Below, piece after piece: positions 38,831-47,577 of a stretch of DNA of 64,000 bases. Each line of letters begins with the position of its first letter. Positions within the stretch are counted from its first letter, which is position 1. Location of the stretch: contig CAMTUG010000001.1 of NCBI GenBank assembly GCA_947084965.1, positions 147,914 through 211,913 on the forward strand, given 5' to 3'. The stretch comes from an uncultured Parcubacteria group bacterium. GTDB lineage: Bacteria; Patescibacteriota; Patescibacteriia; UBA9934; CAMTUG01. A program made the translations under genes and the position numbers. The notes beneath the pieces are model-generated. The model was not told where the DNA came from. It did not search any database and was given only the letters and a program-made list of their open reading frames with translations.

Positions 38831-39844
38831 ATGAAAGTCGTTCAAGCGTTTACCGAAGGCCATCCGGACAAAGTCTGCGACCAGATCGCGGACGCGATTG
38901 TCGATGAATATTTGCGTCGTGATCCTGCTTGTAGCGTCGACCTGTCGGTCATGGGCGCGCATGGGATGCTGACGATCGGCGGCACGGTGTCGTCGGATGC
39001 GGATTTTGACTGCGCCGAGTTAGCCAAACGCGTCTACCGCGAAATCGGCTACAGCGATGATATTGAACCGTTTGTAAATGTAGACGTGCGTCCCAAGCGC
39101 GACAACAAACACGGCAGTGACGGGACGATTTTTGTGAACGGCTATGCTACGCGCGAAACGCGTGAGTTTTTGCCACAGCCGGTGGTGTTGGTGAATACGT
39201 TAGCGCGACGAATTGATGAGATGCGCAAAAGCGTGCCGGGGTTTTCGTGGATTCGCCCAGACGGCAAAGTGCAGTTGATGATGGACGGCGCGATCATCAA
39301 AGGGGTGACGGTCTTGTTGCAACACGAAGAATCGATGGATCACTCTACCTTGCAGCAGATGATGCTCGAGAAGGTGATTAAGTTAACGCTCGGTCCGGTC
39401 GATCATGCCTTTGTGAGTGTCAATCCGATCGGCTGTTTTTGCGAAGGTGGGTTGGGGCACGACACGGGAGCCAGCAATCGCAAAGTCGATGCCGATACCT
39501 ACGGCGGATTAATTCCGTTCGGGAGCGGCGGGTTGAGTGGGAAAGATCCTGGTCGCACCGAACGCGCCGCCGCCTACATGGCGCGCTATGTAGCCAAGAC
39601 GTTGGTGAAAGAAGGGGTGGCGGACAATGTGCTCGTGAAGCTGGCGTATTCGCTCGGCCGTGCCGAACCGGTAGTTGTTGAAGCGCGTACCGGCGATGGA
39701 CGCGACGTCACCGAACTGATCAAATCGCGTTTTGATTTTCGTACCGAAGCGATCGTCGAGCGCTTGGACTTGCGCCGTCCGATCTATCGCGCAACGGCGA
39801 CCTACGGACATTTTGGGAAAGAAGGGTTGCCCTGGGAGGAATAA
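38831..39844 (+). CDS. metK: S-adenosylmethionine synthetase (divergent)
   Basis: EGHPDKVCDQIADA, RPDGK, DTYGG, SGKDP, TATYGHFG. Confidence 0.88.
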   Translation: MKVVQAFTEGHPDKVCDQIADAIVDEYLRRDPACSVDLSVMGAHGMLTIGGTVSSDADFDCAELAKRVYREIGYSDDIEPFVNVDVRPKRDNKHGSDGTIFVNGYATRETREFLPQPVVLVNTLARRIDEMRKSVPGFSWIRPDGKVQLMMDGAIIKGVTVLLQHEESMDHSTLQQMMLEKVIKLTLGPVDHAFVSVNPIGCFCEGGLGHDTGASNRKVDADTYGGLIPFGSGGLSGKDPGRTERAAAYMARYVAKTLVKEGVADNVLVKLAYSLGRAEPVVVEARTGDGRDVTELIKSRFDFRTEAIVERLDLRRPIYRATATYGHFGKEGLPWEE

Positions 39845-39931
39845 TGTTGAAAAGCGAGCGCGGTCGGACCAGTTTGGCCGACCGCGTGTTCGTTGTGCCG
39901 CTTGCCCGACGGAGCCCTGGCGAAGGCCGGT

Positions 39932-40909
39932 CTAGGGCGACGGCGTGAGGGGTGGAAGTGCGTAGCGGGCGAGCCAGCGCTCAGTCTTGAAGCAGTGGAC
40001 GCTGGCTGCGGTAAGGTCAGGGGCGACCTCGAAGCGGATCTGGTACTGCGATCCCCGCGGCGACCGCTGCTGGTAAGCGAACATCGACACGAGGTCGAGG
40101 ATGGCGAGCACCTCGTCGGCGGTCGGGTTCGTGAGCGAGATCATCCCGAGGTGGTCAGTGCCTTCGGGGAGGTTGCACCCCAGGTGCTCCGGCGCGACGA
40201 TCGGCGTGCTACCTCCGGCGCCGATGATCGCTTCGCGGACGGACTGCGCCATCCAGTGGAGGAGGCCGGTCCGGTGCTTGCGCTCCGCCTGGATCGTCTT
40301 CGAACGATCGATCACGCTGACCGGATTGATCGCTTCGTCGGGGGTCCAGGCACGGACGAAGGGGCACTCGGCGAAGCAGAGGGCGATCGCGCCGTGGCGG
40401 TGTTCGCCCATCCGTCCGAGGCGCGTGCCGATCACCTGGAGCTTCATCTCGAGGATCCCAGGGCCGCGATGCCGCTGCTCCGTGGGGTCGCTTTCCGGGT
40501 TCAGCCAGTAGACGATGTGTGTCCAGAACAGGTCACGCGTGTCGTTCGGTTCGAGGGTGAACTTGCTGGCCCAGGCGCAGTAGTCGGCGTAGCGCTCGAG
40601 GATCGTGACCGCGTGCTTCATGGCGATCCCGCGGGCCTTGCCGGCCGCGAGCCAGGTGTTGTTGATCTGGCGGACCAGGCTCTTGATGACCGACCCTCGC
40701 GTGCTCGTCTGGTTCAGGATGCCCTGGGCGTCGTACTCGGCGGCGACCCGGCGGGCCGTTTCGAGCATCTGCCGTTCGGTCGGCGAGAGGTAGAACCAGT
40801 CACGGCAGAGCCGCTCTTCGACGTCGAGGCGGTGCAGCCAGTGGCGGTCGAGCTCCCAGGGGAGCGGGAGGTGGTTGGGGTGGATCGGAGGGGCGGTCAG
40901 ATCGTTCAT
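39932..40909 (-). CDS. Orphan hypothetical protein (325 aa)
   Basis: GC3-rich ORF, GGAG RBS, TTGACG-N17-TAATCC promoter, hairpin 39859-39886 downstream. Confidence 0.65.
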   Translation of the reverse strand: MNDLTAPPIHPNHLPLPWELDRHWLHRLDVEERLCRDWFYLSPTERQMLETARRVAAEYDAQGILNQTSTRGSVIKSLVRQINNTWLAAGKARGIAMKHAVTILERYADYCAWASKFTLEPNDTRDLFWTHIVYWLNPESDPTEQRHRGPGILEMKLQVIGTRLGRMGEHRHGAIALCFAECPFVRAWTPDEAINPVSVIDRSKTIQAERKHRTGLLHWMAQSVREAIIGAGGSTPIVAPEHLGCNLPEGTDHLGMISLTNPTADEVLAILDLVSMFAYQQRSPRGSQYQIRFEVAPDLTAASVHCFKTERWLARYALPPLTPSP

Positions 40910-41085
40910 CGTTGACTCCGCACGGTTACCACCGTGAGGCGAAGGGTGAAACCCCTTGAATCACATGCGACCCGCATGCTCACTCGGTACTCACCGAGCT
41001 AGATCAAGGACAGGTGGCGCCTGCGCTTTTGGATTATCAATAAAATCCGCCCGCGTCAAGTGTTGTGTTATACTTCTTGCGATAT

Positions 41086-41796
41086 ATGAAAGGAACACTC
41101 GGGCTTGTAACGGTGATCATGATTTTTGCAGGAACGTTGTTTGTGATCGTCACAGAACATCCAGAAGGGCGTCGTGTGACGAGCGAAGACGGTCGCGTGA
41201 CACTCGAAGGCGAACTTACTCCCGAGGCACAGATCTCGATCGAGAGCGCTCCGCACGGAGTCGGACCGTGGACCGCAGTGATTGCTGGGGAGTACCAAGC
41301 GTTCCCTTCGGATTTTGTTTTGACCACGCCTCTCACCGTCAGCTTCACCTATGCAACCGAAGATCTCGGCGGGGCAGATCCTCGTGCACTGCGTGTCGGT
41401 TTTTATGATGAGGAGTTTGGCATGTGGCGGACGGTGCCGACAGCGATTGCGGATAATGCTGCCTCTGCGCTGATCTACAATTTTGACGCGCTGTTCGCCC
41501 TTTTACTGATGGATGCTGTTGCTGTACCAAATTTTGAAGTCGAGATCGCCGAGCTTCTTTCCGCTGCTCCGGATGAAGCCGTAGGATATGAACTCGTTGT
41601 GGCGTACGCTCAAGTGCCGGGGGATTTTGTGATCCTTGAAGGTACGACCCAAAGTGGTGGATGCGGTGGGCGGTATCGTATCGGAGAATCAACGACGATG
41701 ACGTCGATCGGGGACAAATTTGGTGACGGACTTGAGTATCAGATTATGGTGATTTGGCAGTTGGGCGAAGGGTGCGGAAGAGCGATGATTCAATAA
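41086..41796 (+). CDS. Secreted or membrane-anchored hypothetical protein
   Basis: N-terminal hydrophobic helix; TATACT -10 just upstream. Confidence 0.7.
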   Translation: MKGTLGLVTVIMIFAGTLFVIVTEHPEGRRVTSEDGRVTLEGELTPEAQISIESAPHGVGPWTAVIAGEYQAFPSDFVLTTPLTVSFTYATEDLGGADPRALRVGFYDEEFGMWRTVPTAIADNAASALIYNFDALFALLLMDAVAVPNFEVEIAELLSAAPDEAVGYELVVAYAQVPGDFVILEGTTQSGGCGGRYRIGESTTMTSIGDKFGDGLEYQIMVIWQLGEGCGRAMIQ

Positions 41797-41917
41797 ATAC
41801 GAAAATCGAAATTCGAAACAAATTCGAAATGAAAATAGGAAAACGTTAAACCTGTTTCAACATTTCCGATTTTCTATTCTGAGTTGTTTCGAATTTCGAC
41901 TTTCGGATTTTGTATTT
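41795..41917. repeat. Family A heptamer palindrome, copy 3
   Basis: AAATACG AAAATCG AAATTCG AAACAAATTCGAA ... TTGTTTCGAATTTCGACTTTCGGATTT. Confidence 0.85.
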
Positions 41918-41932
41918 ATAGAAACAACCGGC

Positions 41933-43090
41933 CTAGCGGGAGGCACGGTCGTTTTTGAGTTCGGCGTTGAGCCGAGCGTAGACGATGAGAGCGATGAGTC
42001 CACCGACGAGGGCCAGGCCCGAAGTGATCAGGAACGGTTGTGGCGCCGTGGCCACGAAGCTCGCACCAACGAATCGTCCGAGGGAAGCGGCGGTGAACCC
42101 CATGGCGAGCGCGGAGCCTTGCAGACCCGGCGTCAGCTTGCTTTGCAGAGCGCCGATGAAGGCGTCGCCAAGGAAGCCGAGGTAGGTCACGAGGACGAGG
42201 ATGGCGAAGATCGCTCCGAGGCTGTGCGCGATGATCGGCAGGAGAAAGACGCCGGCCGAAGCGGCAAGCGCGAAGGTGGTCGCCAGCCCTTCGTTTTTCA
42301 TCTCCATCCGCCGCGAACGGAAGATCACGCTGCCAAAGGTGGCGAGTAAGGTTGCCAGAGCGAGAAGCAATCCGCTCGTTTTGTCTGCGAGTGTGGCGAG
42401 TTGGAGGACCGCTTGCAGGTAGAACCCCAAGAACGAGGCGGCGGTGAAGAATGAGATCCCGAGCGAGAGGAGCAGGGTCGCGGTGATTCTGGGTCCAGAC
42501 GGCGGGGCAAGTTCGTAGTGAGCGATCGGCATCCGTCGGATGATGACGATGAGCGCACCGATGATCACGGCAAGAAGGACGGTGAAGGTGTTGATGCCGA
42601 ACTTCTCGACGATTGCGGTTGGCAGCACCAGCCCCATCACTGAACCGACCAGTCCGTAGCCGATCACCCCGGCGATCCCTTTGGCTCGCTCTTCGGATGT
42701 TGTGTGGTAAGCCATGCCGGCGAGGCAGACGACGACGCCCCCGCCGCCGATCCCGAGGAGGAAGCGGTGGATGATCCATCCGGCGAATCCGCCGAAGAAG
42801 AGTGGGGGGATCGCGAGCAGAAGGAAGATTCCGCCAACGGTCAGGAGTCGCCGTTCGTGAACGCGATCGGCGAGGTAACCGAAGATCGGTACGGACAGGA
42901 ACTGAGCGAGGGCAAAGGCGCCGACGATCAGGCCGACCTCAGCTTCCGACAGTCCCTCGGTTCCGAGGAGGAACGGAGTCAATGCGAAGATCGCCTGGCT
43001 GAGCGCCGTGACGACAAAGGTGTAGTTGCGAACAGCAGCGAGGTATCGCTGACCTTCAGGGGTGTTTGTGTTGTCTTTGAAGAAGCGCAT
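41933..43090 (-). CDS. MFS transporter
   Basis: About 12 TM helices; MFS motif A (FGYLADRVHERR); RFLLGIG. Confidence 0.85.
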   Translation of the reverse strand: MRFFKDNTNTPEGQRYLAAVRNYTFVVTALSQAIFALTPFLLGTEGLSEAEVGLIVGAFALAQFLSVPIFGYLADRVHERRLLTVGGIFLLLAIPPLFFGGFAGWIIHRFLLGIGGGGVVVCLAGMAYHTTSEERAKGIAGVIGYGLVGSVMGLVLPTAIVEKFGINTFTVLLAVIIGALIVIIRRMPIAHYELAPPSGPRITATLLLSLGISFFTAASFLGFYLQAVLQLATLADKTSGLLLALATLLATFGSVIFRSRRMEMKNEGLATTFALAASAGVFLLPIIAHSLGAIFAILVLVTYLGFLGDAFIGALQSKLTPGLQGSALAMGFTAASLGRFVGASFVATAPQPFLITSGLALVGGLIALIVYARLNAELKNDRASR

Positions 43091-43284
43091 GTTTTCCACC
43101 TCAATAGCCTATTTGATCAGTAAGTTTGAGGCAGGTCAATCATAAGGGATGTCAGACGATTCTGACAGGGGAGCGGATTTTGGCGGGTTGGATTAGGGCG
43201 AACGCTGTCAGAACTCCCTGACTCTCCTGTGGACAACTCTTCTGTGTTATACTGTCAGCAGATTTAATTTTCTTTCGAGGAGGT

Positions 43285-43530
43285 ATGGAACCTATCCAGA
43301 AAAAAACAAAGGCTAAGGCCAAAACGCGAACGAAGAAGATGACCCCGGTCGTCATTAAGAGTTCGGGGATCTGTAAAACGTGCTCGGCCCTCCCCGTCGG
43401 GAGTATGGAGTTGACCTCGCTCCTTCTCGTTCTTATCTTCTCGCTCGTTTCGGTCCTGTTCACATCGATCTTAGCGCTCGACGCCCAACAGGAAAAGATC
43501 GTCGCCCTCGAAGCGCAAGTTCAACAGTAA
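43285..43530 (+). CDS. Small membrane protein
   Basis: GAGGAGG RBS; CKTC motif then TM helix. Confidence 0.7.
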   Translation: MEPIQKKTKAKAKTRTKKMTPVVIKSSGICKTCSALPVGSMELTSLLLVLIFSLVSVLFTSILALDAQQEKIVALEAQVQQ

Positions 43531-43539
43531 TTCTTTCGT

Positions 43540-44148
43540 ATGAAGCGGATGCTTATTGTCCCCATGTTCGCGTTGTTATTGATCGGTGCGGGATGTAAGG
43601 GGGATTCATTCATTGAACCGAGTGCTGAGCCGACCGAAATTCAACCGTCGGCAGAAGAATCTATGACAGAACCAAAACCAGGCGAGTTCCCGGGCGTGAT
43701 CGCGGAAGCCGAACGTTTGAACAAGCAGGTCCGGATGATGACGGATAAAGGCGAGATCGTCTTTGAGTTGTACGGCGACACCGCGCCAAAAGCGGTCAGT
43801 AACTTTATTACCCTCACCAACAACGGGTACTTCAACGGCCTGACGTTCCACCGTCGCGTCGAAGGGTTTGTGATTCAGGGTGGGGATCCGGATGGTAATG
43901 GTACTGGCGGCCCGGGCTACACCTTTGAAGACGAATTAAGCGACAACTACACCTACGAACGTGGCGTGGTAGCGATGGCCAATCGGGGTCCAGACACCAA
44001 CGGTTCGCAATTCTTCATCATGCTTGCGGATTACCCATTGCCAAAGTCCTACACGATTTTCGGTCGGGTGACGTCCGGGCTCGAAGCGGTTGATGCGATT
44101 CAGGTTGGTGATAAGATGACGACCGTAGCGATCGAAGCGAAACCGTAA
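43540..44148 (+). CDS. Cyclophilin-type peptidyl-prolyl isomerase (lipoprotein)
   Basis: LIGAGC lipobox; FHRRVEGFVIQGGDP, AMANRGPDTNGSQFFI. Confidence 0.93.
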   Translation: MKRMLIVPMFALLLIGAGCKGDSFIEPSAEPTEIQPSAEESMTEPKPGEFPGVIAEAERLNKQVRMMTDKGEIVFELYGDTAPKAVSNFITLTNNGYFNGLTFHRRVEGFVIQGGDPDGNGTGGPGYTFEDELSDNYTYERGVVAMANRGPDTNGSQFFIMLADYPLPKSYTIFGRVTSGLEAVDAIQVGDKMTTVAIEAKP

Positions 44149-44217
44149 CGGGATTCACTGAAGAGATCGGAGCGGGGCCGTTGTGCTCCGCTCCTTGATT
44201 TTGTTGTTCGCAGAAGT

Positions 44218-44305
44218 GTTGGGTGTCTCAAAAATACAAGTTTCAAACTTTTTGAGCACTAAATGTAGTCAAAAAGTTGTTGAAGACACTTTTTTGACGC
44301 ACCCC
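44218..44305. repeat. Palindromic element family D, copy 2
   Basis: GTTGGGTGTCTCAAAAATACA...TTTTTTGACGCACCCC; homologous to 28271-28363. Confidence 0.75.
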
Positions 44306-44372
44306 GAGAGAGTGACGACTTGGAGAAACGTCGACGCCGGCCTCGAGTAGGAGGCCGGCGGAGCGCGGTAGT

Positions 44373-44810
44373 TCACTTGAAGAGAAAGAACAGGCTGAGG
44401 ACGATCACGATCGTTCCGATGGCGGCGAGGACCCACACCTCGGAAGACCAGGACCGGTAGTGGAGGATGTTGTCGCGAATCTTCTGCCAGTCGAAGGAGC
44501 CGCTGAGGAGCGCCGCGGCGCTCCAGGTCGGCTGGCGCGGCTCCTCCAGGCTTTCGCGATTGAGGACCTTGGTCGCCACCTCGACGGCGTTGAATCGCCT
44601 GTTGCAGTAGGCGATCATCTGCCCCCTCCCGTCGAAGTGGAAGTACTCGATGAGGCGGGGCGAGATGATGATGATCAGCTTCGCGCCGTTGATCTGCGGG
44701 ACGTAGAACCCGCCGGTCGCGCGCGGGTCGGTCGTGTTGATGGGGGCTGGGGAGAGGATGAGGAACGTGCCCTCACCCTGGTCGGTGATGATCAATTCGA
44801 TGTCAGCCAT
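44373..44810 (-). CDS. Orphan hypothetical protein with C-terminal TM
   Basis: GC3-rich ORF; TTGACT-N17-TATTCT promoter; hairpin 44335-44360. Confidence 0.65.
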   Translation of the reverse strand: MADIELIITDQGEGTFLILSPAPINTTDPRATGGFYVPQINGAKLIIIISPRLIEYFHFDGRGQMIAYCNRRFNAVEVATKVLNRESLEEPRQPTWSAAALLSGSFDWQKIRDNILHYRSWSSEVWVLAAIGTIVIVLSLFFLFK

Positions 44811-44883
44811 GGGGCCTTCCTGGGTGGTCGAGAAGAATAGCGACCTAAAGAAAATAAGTCAACCCTATGCTATAATTGACCGT

Positions 44884-46278
44884 ATGCCGAAGGCTTTGAC
44901 AGAGAAAACGTTTTATCGGTTTTTGAAATGCCCGACCTGGGTCTATTTTGATGCCCACCAAACACAAAAGTCCCATGATGCTTTGCTTTCGCGGTTGATG
45001 GACGATGGATTGTTACCCGAGGTGGAACGCGAGATGTTGCGCGATCGCGGGTTTGCCGAAGTGGATTCAGAAGAGCAAGACGATGCTTTTAGTCGCACCA
45101 TGCAACTGATGAAAGCGGGGGAACAGACAATTTTGCACGGAGTCTTGATCCACGGCCACGCGGTTGGGCATCCTGATGTACTCGAACGCGTCGAAGGACG
45201 GTCAAAGTTTGGGAACTATTATTATATCGCCTGCGACATCAAACGGAATCGTCATCTGCAAGACGTCTATAAATTTCAAGGGGCGTTTTACGCAGAACTA
45301 TTGGAACGCATCCAGGGGGTGAAACCAAACCAGGGCTATGTCATGACACCGGACGGCGATGTGCAAAGTTATGTTCTGGCGCCGTTCGAAGCGGAATATC
45401 ACTTGACGCTGAACGCGATAGAACAGATTTTGGCTGGACAGAAGCCCCCGCACTTTGTCACAAGCGGGTGCAAGCAGTCTCCATGGTTTTCGGAATGTAA
45501 AAATACGTCGCTTATCTGTGATGATCTGTCGCTCATCAATCGTATTTGGCGCACAGAAGTCGAAGCGTTGCAGAATGCAGGTGTACAATCGGTTGGAGCG
45601 CTGGCTGCCAGCGATCCAGATATGCTTGCTGGTAAAACGGGTCTGACCCGTGATCGTCTGCATCATTTACGACTCCAAGCCACAGCGCTCGTAGAAAAGC
45701 GCACCATCGTTACAGAATCGATCCCGTTTCCATCATCAAACATCGAGTTATATTTTGACGTTGAAAGCGACCCGGTCCGCGACCTTGAATTTCTATTTGG
45801 CGTGTTGGTTGTTGATCATGGTAAGGAAACGTACCACTCGTTCGTCGCTGACACGCCAGACGAAGAAGGCAAAGCGTGGCTTGATTTCATCGCCTTTCTC
45901 GCGCAGTATCCGGACGCTCCGATCTACCATTTTGGCTGGTACGAAATCGAAGTGATGAAACGGATGGGAACGAAGTATGGAAATCTCGACGTCGCCGAAC
46001 GAATAATCGAACGACAGATGAAAGATCTGCTCATCACGATTCGTGACGCGGTCATCTTTCCGTTGCACTTCTATTCGCTCAAAGACATCGCCAAGCTTCT
46101 AGGGTTCAACTGGCGCAATGCCGATGCATCAGGAATCAACGCCGTGATGTGGTACGAGGAATACTTGACCAATCGCCGCAAAAAATCAAAACTTCAAGAT
46201 ATTATCGATTATAATGAAGACGACTGCCGCGCCACCTACGTCGTAAAAAAATGGTGCGCGGAAAAATCTGGAGTATGA
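44884..46278 (+). CDS. TM0106-family RecB-like nuclease with RNase H-like domain
   Basis: GHPDVLER..DIK, YFDVESDP, YSLKDIA, YNEDDCRAT. Confidence 0.88.
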   Translation: MPKALTEKTFYRFLKCPTWVYFDAHQTQKSHDALLSRLMDDGLLPEVEREMLRDRGFAEVDSEEQDDAFSRTMQLMKAGEQTILHGVLIHGHAVGHPDVLERVEGRSKFGNYYYIACDIKRNRHLQDVYKFQGAFYAELLERIQGVKPNQGYVMTPDGDVQSYVLAPFEAEYHLTLNAIEQILAGQKPPHFVTSGCKQSPWFSECKNTSLICDDLSLINRIWRTEVEALQNAGVQSVGALAASDPDMLAGKTGLTRDRLHHLRLQATALVEKRTIVTESIPFPSSNIELYFDVESDPVRDLEFLFGVLVVDHGKETYHSFVADTPDEEGKAWLDFIAFLAQYPDAPIYHFGWYEIEVMKRMGTKYGNLDVAERIIERQMKDLLITIRDAVIFPLHFYSLKDIAKLLGFNWRNADASGINAVMWYEEYLTNRRKKSKLQDIIDYNEDDCRATYVVKKWCAEKSGV

Positions 46279-47111
46279 AAAAGTTCGTGATTATTCTCGC
46301 GTTTGTCCTTCTTGCGGGCGGTGTTTACGCCAATCGCGGGACGATCTCTGATTGGTTTACCGAAGCGCAAAAACCGAACGTGCCGGAAGTGGCGTTTGAA
46401 GATGTTGCTGAAACAGAAGAGGAAGGGGGCGTAGACGTTCCGGTGGTCGTGGAGACGGACGAAGAACCCCTTGTCGACGAGCCTGTGGTTGAACCAGTGC
46501 CGGAGGAAGAGCCAGAAGCAGAACCGGTTGCATCAGCGCTTCCGGCGGAATTTAATCTTGCCGTGCCCTTTACTTCGCAAGCGCCGCATAGCAACTGGGC
46601 AGAACCGTACAACGAAGCGTGCGAAGAGGCGTCGGCGTTGATGGCTGCCTACTACTTGATGGGCAAACCGTCCGGGAAGATCGATCCGAGTGTTGCTGAC
46701 GCGGAACTGTTAAAGATCGTTGAGTTTGAAAATCAACTTTTTGGATTTTATAAAGATACGACCGCCGAAGAAACGGCGCTGCTGATTGAATCGTTCTATC
46801 ATCTCTCTACGGAGCTCTTAGAAAATCCGACCATCGAACAGATCAAATCCGCGTTGAACGACGGCTATCCAGTGATCGTTCCGGCCGCGGGCCGCCAGCT
46901 TGGGAATCCAAACTTTACGGGTGCGGGGCCGCTCTACCATATGTTTGTACTCAAGGGGTATACTGAAAATGGCTTCATCACCAACGATCCGGGCACTCGC
47001 CTCGGAGCGGACTATTTTTACACCTACGAGACGGTGATGTCCGCGATGCATGATTGGAACGGGGGAGAAGTAGAGACCGGGGCCAAAGTCGTGATTATTG
47101 TGAAGCCGTAA
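46275..47111 (+). CDS. C39-like peptidase domain secreted protein
   Basis: VPFTSQAP, ACEEAS, YHMFVLKGY, TNDPG. Confidence 0.82.
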   Translation: MKKFVIILAFVLLAGGVYANRGTISDWFTEAQKPNVPEVAFEDVAETEEEGGVDVPVVVETDEEPLVDEPVVEPVPEEEPEAEPVASALPAEFNLAVPFTSQAPHSNWAEPYNEACEEASALMAAYYLMGKPSGKIDPSVADAELLKIVEFENQLFGFYKDTTAEETALLIESFYHLSTELLENPTIEQIKSALNDGYPVIVPAAGRQLGNPNFTGAGPLYHMFVLKGYTENGFITNDPGTRLGADYFYTYETVMSAMHDWNGGEVETGAKVVIIVKP

Positions 47112-47113
47112 GT

Positions 47114-47575
47114 ATGATGGAAAATCTTTTGCTCGGTTCCGCGATCGGGGCGATCGCCGGCGTGGTGCTCGCTATTCCTGGAGTTATTTTGGAATCTGCA
47201 CGCCGTACCAAGAATTTGCCGTTGATTATCGATGTGAAAGAAGTGTGGGGTAAAAAGCTAACGGACAACGAAGTTTTTCTCGTTTCGCTTTTGATTCATC
47301 TGATTTTTTCAACGCTCGCGGGGACGATCTACGTCCTGTTTGCAGAAAGTGGCTGGTTGTTTATCACCAATGCTCCTTACGCTCTGCACTCCATCGAGAT
47401 TTTTGCCGTTTTTGCCTGGGCGGTAACGGGTGCCCTGCTGTATCCGCTCCTTGGCTTTGGTTTTTTTGGCCGCCGTGAAGGTCATCACATCTGGTTTGAA
47501 ATGCTCGTCACTCAATTACTTCTCGGCCTTCTCTTCTGGCTCGCGATTCGTTATTATCAGCCGTTTTTCTTCTAG
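47114..47575 (+). CDS. Hypothetical membrane protein
   Basis: Four hydrophobic segments; tightly packed in operon. Confidence 0.75.
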   Translation: MMENLLLGSAIGAIAGVVLAIPGVILESARRTKNLPLIIDVKEVWGKKLTDNEVFLVSLLIHLIFSTLAGTIYVLFAESGWLFITNAPYALHSIEIFAVFAWAVTGALLYPLLGFGFFGRREGHHIWFEMLVTQLLLGLLFWLAIRYYQPFFF

Positions 47576-47577
47576 AT

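Noticed and set aside
39893-40915. 340-aa plus-strand ORF
   Set aside because: Antisense shadow of the GC3-rich minus-strand gene, which has the RBS and promoter
41916-42779. 287-aa Arg-rich minus-strand ORF
   Set aside because: Alternative frame within the MFS transporter gene
4350-44360. Orphan-gene hairpins as integron attC sites
   Set aside because: No RYYYAAC/GTTRRRY boxes, genes carry their own promoters, and there is no integrase or tandem array
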